A stretch of DNA of 64,000 bases from Vicinamibacterales bacterium. Its GTDB lineage: Bacteria > Acidobacteriota > Vicinamibacteria > Vicinamibacterales > 2-12-FULL-66-21. The DNA lies in contig DATJFE010000067.1 in the NCBI GenBank assembly GCA_035495955.1, positions 19,972 to 83,971 of the forward strand, written 5' to 3'. Positions 51,766-59,871 of the stretch are shown one piece after another. Position numbers and translations under genes: made by a program. The stretch's first letter is position 1. Each line of letters opens with the position of its first letter. The notes below the pieces were generated by a model. It searched no databases. It was given only the letters and a program-made list of their open reading frames with translations, and was not told where the DNA came from.

Positions 51766-53139
51766 TTAGCTGGCGCCGGCCTCGCGCAGCTTCCTGAGGA
51801 TCCGGTCCTGAATCCAATGCTGGTCCCACCACTCGACTGGATTCACCATCTGGCCGTTGACGAGCATCGTGAAGTGCAGGTGATCGCCGCCGGCGAGCCC
51901 GGTCATGCCGCTCTTGCCCAGCTCCTGTTCCTTCTCGACCATGTCGCCGACCTTGACCGTGATCGTCGAGAGGTGCCCGTAGAGCGACTGGACGCCCATT
52001 CCGTGGTCGATGATCACGCAGTTGCCGTAGATGCCCAGCGGCGCCGCGTGGAGGATTTTGCCTCGATTCGCCGCGACCACGGGAGAATTGACGACGCGAG
52101 CGAGATCGAAGCCCAGGTGCGTCTGCCGATCGACCTCCTTGCCCTGATAGATGTAGGTGCGCTGATCGGCGAACGCCGCTTCGACGGCGGTGTTCGTGAA
52201 GGGATGAAAGACCGCTCCGCCCCAGAGGATCTCCGGCGCCGTCTGCTTCGCGTAGCCGGCGATCGTCTCGGCGTTCTTCCGCCGCAGCTCGCCGTTGAGG
52301 ACCAGGAACTTCTCGAGATTGCTGCCCTGCGGATTCACTTCCGTGGTGGTCTCGAGGATGGACGGGACGACGCGATCGAGGAACTTGTCGTCGAGCTGGA
52401 TGCGGCTCTTCTTGAACGGCTTCGGGAAGCTGAGGCGATCGAAATCGGCGCGCCCGCTGTTGCCCGCTTCGTCCCGCGCGAACGCGAACATCGGCGTATT
52501 CACGTCCTGGTCGTAGCGCAGCGCGAAGAACGCGATCTTCACGGCGGGATCGGTAATGTGGACGCCCTCGATCTTCGCGCCGCTGCCGGGATACCCCGGG
52601 TATTTCAGATCGCCGACCTGGACGCCGGACTCGACGTCGGCCGGCGTCACGCGATACACGACCATCTCGGATCCGCCGAGGTTGACGTAGTGCTTCGTCG
52701 AGAGGACGGCGATCTGCGGCCGCTCGAGCCGCACCTGGACGTCGCGCGCGGCGGTCGACTGCGCTTTGCGCAGGCCAAACAGCACGGGGCGCTCTGCGGT
52801 CACGAGAATCCGGGCCGCCCCGCTCTTCAGATCCGGAATGACCTGGCGGCCGATGCTGCGCGTGATCCGGACGCGATCGGCGCCGTCCTGCTTGACGTCG
52901 GCGGCCGGCTGGTCGAGCGAGAAAATCGGCGTCTGCTTGCCGTTCTGTTCGAACGCAATCTGAATCCGCGTGAACCGCGCCCGCGGCGCAGTCACCTCCA
53001 CCTCGACCGGCGTCGACTGGCCGACGTATTTGACGGGCTTGTCGATTTGAATGGCCGGGCCGGCCATCCGCCCGGCGTACACGAACATTCCACAGGCGAG
53101 GAGCACGATGACGAGCAGCAAGCCGAGCAGATAGCGCAT
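51766..53139 (-). CDS. M23 family metallopeptidase (LytM-like), membrane anchored
   Basis: N-terminal TM MRYLLGLLLVIVLLACGMFVY. C-terminal HLGFDLA...IIDHGMGVQSLYGHLS...GKSGMTGLAGGDHLHFTMLVNGQMVNPVEWW. Confidence 0.88.
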   Translation of the reverse strand: MRYLLGLLLVIVLLACGMFVYAGRMAGPAIQIDKPVKYVGQSTPVEVEVTAPRARFTRIQIAFEQNGKQTPIFSLDQPAADVKQDGADRVRITRSIGRQVIPDLKSGAARILVTAERPVLFGLRKAQSTAARDVQVRLERPQIAVLSTKHYVNLGGSEMVVYRVTPADVESGVQVGDLKYPGYPGSGAKIEGVHITDPAVKIAFFALRYDQDVNTPMFAFARDEAGNSGRADFDRLSFPKPFKKSRIQLDDKFLDRVVPSILETTTEVNPQGSNLEKFLVLNGELRRKNAETIAGYAKQTAPEILWGGAVFHPFTNTAVEAAFADQRTYIYQGKEVDRQTHLGFDLARVVNSPVVAANRGKILHAAPLGIYGNCVIIDHGMGVQSLYGHLSTITVKVGDMVEKEQELGKSGMTGLAGGDHLHFTMLVNGQMVNPVEWWDQHWIQDRILRKLREAGAS

Positions 53140-53228
53140 CTGTCGATGATAACCGCTCCTCCACGGCGCGACGGCATATGGGCTAGACTTCCTCGCGACG
53201 TCGACTGGAATCCCTCAAGGAGCGTTGA

Positions 53229-53663
53229 ATGGCGACTGTGGATGCACCGCGCGATGATCGGACGACGGATTCCTCGTCTCCGGCGAAACCGGCCGTCGAG
53301 GAGCGCCGCGTCAGCGCCTGGATCGGGCAGGGCGTCGTCGTCGAGGGGAAAATCACGAGCACGCAGGATCTCCGGATCGACGGCGCGGTCCAGGGCACGA
53401 TTGAGGTCGGCCGCCATGGACTGGTGATCGGAGCCAGCGCCGCCATTCGGGCCAACCTCTCCGCCAGGTCCATCCTCATCAGCGGCGCCGTGACCGGGAA
53501 CGTCGCGGCAACCGAGAGAATCGATCTTCAGCCCACGGCGTCGGTGGAAGGCGACGTCAGCGCGCCGCGCGTGGCCATGGCCGACGGCGCCGTCGTCAAG
53601 GGCAAAGTCGAGGCAGGCGGCAATCGCGTGGCGAAGCCGCGGACGGGCGAGCCGGAAGCTTGA
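53229..53663 (+). CDS. bactofilin family cytoskeletal protein
   Basis: ...WIGQGVVVEGKITSTQDLRIDGAVQGTIEVGRHGLVIGASAAIRANLSARSILISGAVTGNVAATERIDLQPTASVEGDVSAPRVAMADGAVVKGKVE shows DUF583 beta-helix periodicity. aaggag lies before the ATG. Confidence 0.88.
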   Translation: MATVDAPRDDRTTDSSSPAKPAVEERRVSAWIGQGVVVEGKITSTQDLRIDGAVQGTIEVGRHGLVIGASAAIRANLSARSILISGAVTGNVAATERIDLQPTASVEGDVSAPRVAMADGAVVKGKVEAGGNRVAKPRTGEPEA

Positions 53664-53709
53664 CCGGCTCGAAGAGCGCCGGTACAATCGAAAGTTCCGA
53701 CGGCCCTGT

Positions 53710-53784
53710 GCCGCTATCGTCTAGGGGTCAGGACACGTGGTTCTCAGCCACGGGACCGGGGTTCGAATCCCCGTAGCGGTACCA
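53710..53784 (+). tRNA. tRNA-Glu (anticodon CUC), CCA encoded
   Basis: Folded by hand. Acceptor gccgcta/tagcggt (G1-U71 wobble at the top), D stem gtct/ggac, anticodon stem cgtgg/ccacg, loop ttCTCag, 4-nt variable loop, T arm cgggg-ttcgaat-ccccg, discriminator A, CCA. Confidence 0.92.
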
Positions 53785-53804
53785 ACCTTCCAAGCCGAAG
53801 GCTT

Positions 53805-54082
53805 TCAGTTACTTCTAGAAATTTCCTTCGAGCCGTCAGAGTCTTCGGCGGGGTTCTGTTCGGTCGGAACTTGAAAGATTATTGAAAGTCTGTCCATAGC
53901 GTCAGTGACGGCGTCGAATGCCTTGCCGGTTTCGAGCCGTGCGACCGCGGCCTGCAGCGCTTCGAGCCGCTGGTTGTCGTAGCGCTCGGGTGCAGCTCGC
54001 GCCACTCGCACGCTGTGTAGATGGTGTCGCGGCTGACGCCGGCGTACTCGGCGCCCTCACTCACGGTGAACCAGATCTTCAT
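53805..54082 (-). pseudogene. excisionase/AlpA-type HTH gene, apparently frameshifted
   Basis: ATG 54082 after ggaggg. MKIWFTVSEGAEYAGVSRDTIYTACEWRELH then turns to compositional nonsense. The natural-looking continuation (P)ERYDNQRLEALQAAVARLETGKAFDAVTDAMDRL... is in another frame (ORF 53805..54011). The frame switch is near 53979-53998. Confidence 0.55.
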
Positions 54083-54802
54083 ACGGCCCTCCGCCCCGGT
54101 CCGCGTTCGCGGACCTCGAAACGAGTTGTGATGGGGAGTCACGGGCCAAGGCGCGCCGGGCGGCGCGGTGCCAGTGACAGGCGCGGGATGCTGGTGCGGC
54201 ACCAGCATCAAGTCGTGGGCATGTGGTGCGCACGGAACTTGGTGATGCGTCCCGGCTGAGGGCTTGGGCCGTCGGTCGGAACGCGCTCCGCAGGTGGTGC
54301 CGCGGAGGGGGTGCTCTCAGAGCACCGATGCCAGCAGGATAGGACCGAGCGAAACCGGCGTCAACCTCAACGGCCGTGAGGGCAGACGTCTGCCGGCGTG
54401 GCACTGTCTCAGCCCCGATGCGCTTCGACGTGGCGCGACGCACGGGCTCATCGTGATACCGCGCGCGCAGGCCGTGCCGACATCAACGAGCAGTTTCGTG
54501 ACGGTGTCGATCAACGATCATCTTCGCGAGCTGGTTCATACGCGCAGGCGATTCGGTCTGGTCATGGCGTTCGGCGCAAAACAACGATCAACTTCCACGC
54601 ACCGAGGAGGATGGCGAGGGTGATGGTGGCGCCGACGAGCCAGGCGCGCCAATCGTCGGAAACCGCAAACACGATCCGCGTGGGTAGCCAGCTCGCAAAC
54701 GTCATCGGCCCTCGCCAGCTTGTACTTTTCGGCAGACAGCGTCAAACCTGAGACAGTGCCGCGGGCGTTGACATCATATCGAGGAAGCTCTACCTTCGAG
54801 CC

Positions 54803-55048
54803 ATGGGGACGCTGCCGATCAAGTCAGAGAGGCTCGCTGAACTCGAGGAGTTTGCACGCCGACGCGGAAAGACGCCCGCGGATGCCCTCGACGAAGCGTT
54901 GGCCGAATACCTGGAGTGGGAGCGTCAGGACTACCAGCAGGCCGTCCAGGCGGTTCAGCAGGGCATCGAGGACGTGAAAGCTGGCCGCACGAAGCCCGCC
55001 GAGGAGTGCCTCGACGAATTCGCGCGGAAGCATGGCCTTTCGCGTTGA
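54803..55048 (+). CDS. type II antitoxin (ParD/RelB-like)
   Basis: 81 aa: MGTLPIKSERLAELEEFARRRGKTPADALDEALAEYLEWERQDYQQAVQAVQQGIEDVKAGRTKPAEECLDEFARKHGL. It overlaps the toxin gene by 17 nt. Confidence 0.75.
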   Translation: MGTLPIKSERLAELEEFARRRGKTPADALDEALAEYLEWERQDYQQAVQAVQQGIEDVKAGRTKPAEECLDEFARKHGLSR

Positions 55049-55352
55049 ACTCTCCGGCCAAGCGCAGCGCGACATCTCCGCAATCTACGATTGGCTTTGT
55101 TCGCAGCAGGCTGGAGATGCCGGCGAACGCTGGTTCCGCGCTCTACGCACGGCGATTGGATCGTTGGCAGACATTCCAGCCCGGTGCCCGCTTGCAGCGG
55201 AAGATCGAGACGCACCCGTAGAAGTTCGCCAACTGCTCTACGGTCGTCGACCGCATACCTACCGCATCCTATTCACGATCGAAGGCGACGTCGTTCAGGT
55301 GCTGCACGTCCGCCATGCGCGGCGGCGGCCGGCCGCGATCCAGCCTCGGTGA
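55032..55352 (+). CDS. type II toxin, RelE/ParE family
   Basis: 106 aa: MAFRVELSGQAQRDISAIYDWL...ERWFRALRTAIGSLADIPARCPLA...VRQLLYGRRPHTYRILFTIEGDVVQVLHVRHARR. Confidence 0.8.
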   Translation: MAFRVELSGQAQRDISAIYDWLCSQQAGDAGERWFRALRTAIGSLADIPARCPLAAEDRDAPVEVRQLLYGRRPHTYRILFTIEGDVVQVLHVRHARRRPAAIQPR

Positions 55353-55370
55353 GCGCGTAGGGAAATTGTT

Positions 55371-55505
55371 ATGAAGCGCACGGGATCGGCAAGAAGGGAT
55401 TTAAGCGCAAGCGGTACCTCGACGAGAGGTAAGGCCGGGGCGACTCCGACGTTTGCGGTCTGTGTCCGCAACGAGGGATACGAGGCATCGCTCGAGCGCA
55501 ATAAG
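55371..55505 (+). pseudogene. 5' fragment of a small conserved-looking gene (…TPTFAVCVRNEGYEASLERNKI…), truncated
   Basis: The reading frame loses protein-like character at about 55505, the same point where the opposing permease fragment ends. Confidence 0.3.
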
Positions 55506-55507
55506 AT

Positions 55508-56046
55508 CAGCCGAATCGTGCGACCGATCACGTTCGAGTCGGCCCCGAACGCTCTGCGCCACAACCCATCACTGATTACAGCCTCCTGGGATTGAAAGGA
55601 ATCGCTCTCCGTGAACACACGGCCGAGCGACGCCTGTACGCCGACGAGCGTGAAGAAGTTCGGCGTCGCGAACGCGCCACGCAATCGGTCTGCGCGGTCC
55701 GTGGCAATCAGATCGAATTCAGGTGAAAGTTCATGTTTCCAGATGACAACGGTGGCGAGGCTCTCGAAGGACCGGCTGTACGCGCGCCAGTCCAGGAACG
55801 CGCCAGCGCTTTGGGGACCGTCGGATGGATCGTAGGTGCTACTGGCGCCGCCGCCGGTGTTCGCCTTCCACACAACCACGACACGATCCGGATCTCGGAA
55901 TGTTAGCGGCCGAAGGAGCACGCTCCGACGAGCGCAAGGACGGCGCCGTTCAGCCCGATACCGAGGCCAAGAGTGAGGACCGTCGCCGTCGCGAAGCTAC
56001 GATTGCGGACGAGCAGTCGGCCGGCGAACCGCAGATCCTTGCTCAT
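55508..56046 (-). pseudogene. N-terminal fragment of an ADOP/MacB-like permease gene, with a 1-nt frameshift and 3' truncation
   Basis: MSKDLRFAGRLLVRNRSFATATVLTLGLGIGLNGAVLALVGA (frame of ORF 55903..56244) continues as VLLRPLTFRDPDRVVVVWKAN...FLDWRAYSRSFESLA...NFFTLVGVQASLGRVF...AVISDGLWRRAFGADSNVIGRTIRL in the frame of ORF 55295..55921. Family resemblance stops near 55508. Confidence 0.7.
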
Positions 56047-56146
56047 TGCCGTGGGATTCCTCGGAATCGTGATCCTGGTCGCCGCGTATGTCCCGGCACG
56101 TCGCGCCCTCATGATCGAACCTCTCGCCGCGCTCCGCGACGAATAG
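56045..56146 (+). pseudogene. isolated 3'-terminal fragment (33 codons) of an FtsX/ADOP permease gene
   Basis: IAVGFLGIVILVAAYVPARRALMIEPLAALRDE* is the typical C-terminus of this family. The upstream in-frame sequence is not permease-like. The fragment begins exactly at the start codon of the opposing pseudogene. Confidence 0.55.
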
Positions 56147-56568
56147 ATAGGAATCGCCGAGCTGTCCGACTGACGTTGGGGAGAACGTTTGGCGAGAAGG
56201 GATGCTGTCACCGAATCGGGACCACGATGAGGTGCTTCCCGCAAATGATAGGTCGCCGGAAGTCGGCAAGGGTAGAGGAATCAACGGGTCAGGGCCGGTA
56301 AACCCGTCGGCGTTGTTCTCGACCTATCTGGAAAGGAATCGCGTTGGCCAGGCGTGCTACTTGGCGCCTCCGCCGATGTAGATGCACGCGTCAGCGACTT
56401 TGGCCGAGGTGAGCGTACTACCCTTCAATCTGCGCTGGGCCAATGCGTGCAAGGAGCGTGGTCGCCCGAGCTCCCGCTCCCACAACGCCAAAGACAGGCG
56501 CCGGCGGCCCGCCCTGCGCCTTCAGCAGAGTCGTAGTCGCGCCACCGTGCCGAGGAATTCGCGTCTGT

Positions 56569-57861
56569 TCATGGACGTGGTGTCAACCTGCCACAACATC
56601 TCTTGTACTTCTTGCCGCTGCCGCACACACAGGAATCATTTCGTCCGCGCACCCGATCCATGACATTGGCAGGAGGTCGTTGCTGACGAAACTCTTCGGC
56701 CATGAATCGCATGTAGGGATCGATGTGCTTGAAGAAGATCTTGTAGCCGGCGCACAAGTAATTCAGCCCCTCTTCCCCGTCTGGCGTTCGAACGAACCGG
56801 TGCTTTGGACACTCACCATTGCAGGCAAAGCGGACCTCACACGCACGACAATATTCGGGCAGCGTGTCTCTCTTATCAAGGCCGAATCTGCGCTGCTGTG
56901 CTGAGTTGACGAGGACTCCCAGCGGGTTTTCCCTGATGTTGCCGAGTCTGTTCTCCGGATATACGTAGTGGTCGCACGAGTAGAGGTCGCCGTTGTGTTC
57001 GATCGCCATGGCCGAACCGCACGTCTCGCGGAAGACGCACAGACTCGGCTGCATCCCGAGCCAACTTTGCAGCGCAACGTCGAAGATCTGAACGTAATGT
57101 CGCCCCACGTCGTGTCGAACCCACTCGTCGAAGATGCTGTTTAGGAATCTCCCGTACTGTACGGGCTCCACGGACCACGCCGACACTTGCGCCCGCGTCG
57201 GGTAACCAGGACCGATGAGCGTCAGACCATCGGCGGGGGATTCAGCAATCCTTTCGACGATCGGGATGAACTGCATGAATCCGCTGCCTACCTCTTTCAG
57301 GAAGCGATAGACCTCGAGCGGGTGGTACGAATTATCGCGCTGCACGACCGTTAGCGTGTTGAACTCGACGCCGTGCTTTTTCAGGCAGCCGAGTCCGCGC
57401 ATGACTTTGTCGAACGTAGGCTGGCCGCCTTTGTCGACGCGGTACTTGTCGTGCAGCTCCCGGGGACCGTCGATCGAGAGCCCCACCAGAAATCCGTTCT
57501 CGGCCAGAAACTCGCCCCACTCATCGTCGACAAGAACGCCGTTGGTCTGGAACGCATTCTCGATGCGCTTCCCTCCGGCGTACTTCTTTTCAAGCAACAC
57601 AGCCTTGCGGAAATAGTCCACACCGAGCAGCGTTGGCTCACCCCCTTGCCAGGCGAAGGTTATGACTGGGACGGACTGCGCTTCGATGTACTGGCGTATA
57701 TACGCTTCCAGGACCTCCTCCGGCATCGACCAGGTCGTGTTCCTCGGATAGAGGTTTTCTTTTTCAAGGTAGAAGCAGTACTTGCAATCCAAGTTGCAGA
57801 TCGGGCCGATCGGCTTCGCCATGACGTGAAAGGCCCGAAGCCGATCGGAGGCCGGCGCCAT
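56569..57861 (-). CDS. anaerobic sulfatase-maturating enzyme (radical SAM/SPASM) with C-terminal SEC-C-like zinc motif
   Basis: ...FHVMAKPIGPICNLDCKYCFY (CxxxCxxC)..., ...FAWQGGEPTL..., SPASM cysteines ...CVFRETCGSAMAIEHNGDLYSCDHY...CRACEVRFACNGECPKHR..., tail CVCGSGKKYKRCCG. ATG 57861; GTG 57891 is an alternative. Confidence 0.9.
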   Translation of the reverse strand: MAPASDRLRAFHVMAKPIGPICNLDCKYCFYLEKENLYPRNTTWSMPEEVLEAYIRQYIEAQSVPVITFAWQGGEPTLLGVDYFRKAVLLEKKYAGGKRIENAFQTNGVLVDDEWGEFLAENGFLVGLSIDGPRELHDKYRVDKGGQPTFDKVMRGLGCLKKHGVEFNTLTVVQRDNSYHPLEVYRFLKEVGSGFMQFIPIVERIAESPADGLTLIGPGYPTRAQVSAWSVEPVQYGRFLNSIFDEWVRHDVGRHYVQIFDVALQSWLGMQPSLCVFRETCGSAMAIEHNGDLYSCDHYVYPENRLGNIRENPLGVLVNSAQQRRFGLDKRDTLPEYCRACEVRFACNGECPKHRFVRTPDGEEGLNYLCAGYKIFFKHIDPYMRFMAEEFRQQRPPANVMDRVRGRNDSCVCGSGKKYKRCCGRLTPRP

Positions 57862-57904
57862 CACGCGCGATCCTTCACGTCCTCGCCCCACTCATCGTGC
57901 AATT

Positions 57905-59413
57905 TCAAGCGATGGGGTTCCACGCCAGAAGCCGCGAGCGCAGGTCGGCGGCCTTGGCGGCGTATTGCGGCTCCGCGGCCACGTTGTGCAATTCGTCAGG
58001 GTCGGATTCCAGGTTGTACAACTCCGGTATATCGTGCGCCCAGCAGGTGTATTTCCAGGCGCCGTCGCGGATCATGGTCTTCGCGTTGCGGCTGGGCAGC
58101 GCATATTCGGCAAATACGGGACCAGGATCCTTTCGCGTCTTCGGATCTTCGATCCACGGCACCAGGCTCGTCCCGTCGTTCGGAGCGACCTGTGCCACTC
58201 CTGCCAGCGCTGTCAGTGTGGCGGAGAGCGAGACCAGGCTGACCGGCGCTGCGCACACCCCGGCCGCGCGTCCCGGCACGCGGATGAGAAGCGGCACGCC
58301 GCATGACCCTTCGTAAAACTGGAACTTCTGCCAAAGACCGAGCTCGCCCAGCATTTCACCGTGATCGGACGTATAGCAGACAATCGTATCGTTTTCCAGG
58401 TTCAGTTCCTTGATCGCGGCCAGCACTTGGCCGAGGCAATCGTCCATCTGGGCCAGGTTGGCGTAATAGTAGGCGATGTGCTCGCGAGCCCGGTCGGGGT
58501 CGGCGACTTCGGGTGTAGGGCCGTTGTTCTCGATGGATCGAATCACTTCTTTGGGAAGGCGGCTCTTGTCGGCCTTCCCGAAGCTGCGCGGGAGCTGCAT
58601 CTGTTCGGCGCGGAACATGTCGGCGAAGCGCTGTGCCGGCATGAACGGATCGTGGGGCTTGAGAAAAGAGGAGACCAGAAAGAACGGTTGACTGGATTTA
58701 CCGAAGCGTCGTAGGAAACGGATGGATTCACGGGCCACGAAGCTTTCGAAATGGTCCTTCTCTTCCAACAGGGAAACGCGTCCGATCCCGACCGAACCCT
58801 TCCGCACGTCCAGATTGCGATGCCCCTTCCAGGGATCGTCCTCGTCGCGCCACAGGTCGTCGATTTCCGGAAGTCCCGAGCCCGAGTTGGGCTGCCCCAG
58901 TTCGTCGGCAAAAAGCTGCGTCTTCGGTCCCAGGTATTGGAACCAGTCGTTGAAGTCCAGCTTGTAGTCGAACCCGTGCGTCTGCGCGTCCACGAAATGC
59001 ATTTTTCCGATCAGCGCCGTCACGTACCCGGCCGCGCCGAAATGGTGCGCCATCGTGCGCCGCAGCGGCGAGAACGGCGTGCCGTTGTTCTGCGCTTCGA
59101 AGTGGTGATTGTAGAGGCCGGTCAGCATAGAAGCCCGCGACGGCATGCAAACCGGGTTGGTGCAATAGGCGTTGGTAAAGCGGACCGCGCTGCGCGCCAA
59201 TTGGTCCAGGTTCGGCGTCTTCGCCACTGGATCGCCGTACGCGCCCATACAGGTGCGTTTGTGCTGATCGGCCATCAGCAGCAGAACATTCGGACGCTTG
59301 CCGCCCGGCTCCTGTGTACTGCGCCCCCCTTGCGGCGCCGCGAATAGCGCGGGCACCCGCACGCCCGCCAAACTTGCGGCGGCTACATTCGCTAGGAATC
59401 TCCTGCGGTGCAT
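57905..59413 (-). CDS. Cys-type (formylglycine) sulfatase with twin-arginine signal
   Basis: MHRRRFLANVAAASLAG... (Tat-like), ...NVLLLMADQH..., signature CTNPVCMPSRASMLTG (C-x-P-S-R), ...YTSDHGEMLGE... Confidence 0.9.
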   Translation of the reverse strand: MHRRRFLANVAAASLAGVRVPALFAAPQGGRSTQEPGGKRPNVLLLMADQHKRTCMGAYGDPVAKTPNLDQLARSAVRFTNAYCTNPVCMPSRASMLTGLYNHHFEAQNNGTPFSPLRRTMAHHFGAAGYVTALIGKMHFVDAQTHGFDYKLDFNDWFQYLGPKTQLFADELGQPNSGSGLPEIDDLWRDEDDPWKGHRNLDVRKGSVGIGRVSLLEEKDHFESFVARESIRFLRRFGKSSQPFFLVSSFLKPHDPFMPAQRFADMFRAEQMQLPRSFGKADKSRLPKEVIRSIENNGPTPEVADPDRAREHIAYYYANLAQMDDCLGQVLAAIKELNLENDTIVCYTSDHGEMLGELGLWQKFQFYEGSCGVPLLIRVPGRAAGVCAAPVSLVSLSATLTALAGVAQVAPNDGTSLVPWIEDPKTRKDPGPVFAEYALPSRNAKTMIRDGAWKYTCWAHDIPELYNLESDPDELHNVAAEPQYAAKAADLRSRLLAWNPIA

Positions 59414-59871
59414 CGCTTCTTTCTTCGCTCCAATGGAATCGAAGAGTATCGCCGCCCTGGTCCCGTGTAAAGCGGCTAATCTTCGTTACCCTGCCGCTCG
59501 TCCCGAAGATCCGTACCGGTGTAGGTCGGACATCTTTTCCGTCTTTTCGGCTGCGAGCTGCTTGCGTCGTCGCCTACCTTCGCGGATTGCCTGCGTTTGC
59601 GCGAATGAAGCCGCGCCAGCTCGCGTCGTTGGATGGATCGCAATTCACGATCGGATTGGTTTGTTGGGTGTCGGTCACAGTCGGGTGGAGTGGCCGGCCA
59701 TCGCGCGGTTCAGGGTGGAGCTGTGCTCGTCGCCGTCAACGCTCTCCGCTGCGCTCCGACCGCGCGTGCGCGCGGCCTCCGGGCGTTGACGGCGGCTCCG
59801 CGCAGCTCATCGATCACATCTGCGCGATGACCCGTATGCGCACTCCGAGCCGCCATGGATCAGCGCGACGG

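Noticed and set aside
54400-54760. 13-bp inverted repeats ggcactgtctcag / ctgagacagtgcc, 336 bp apart, as MITE termini
   Set aside because: A rough estimate gives about one chance match of this length at this spacing in a 64-kb window. There is no target-site duplication and no second copy visible.
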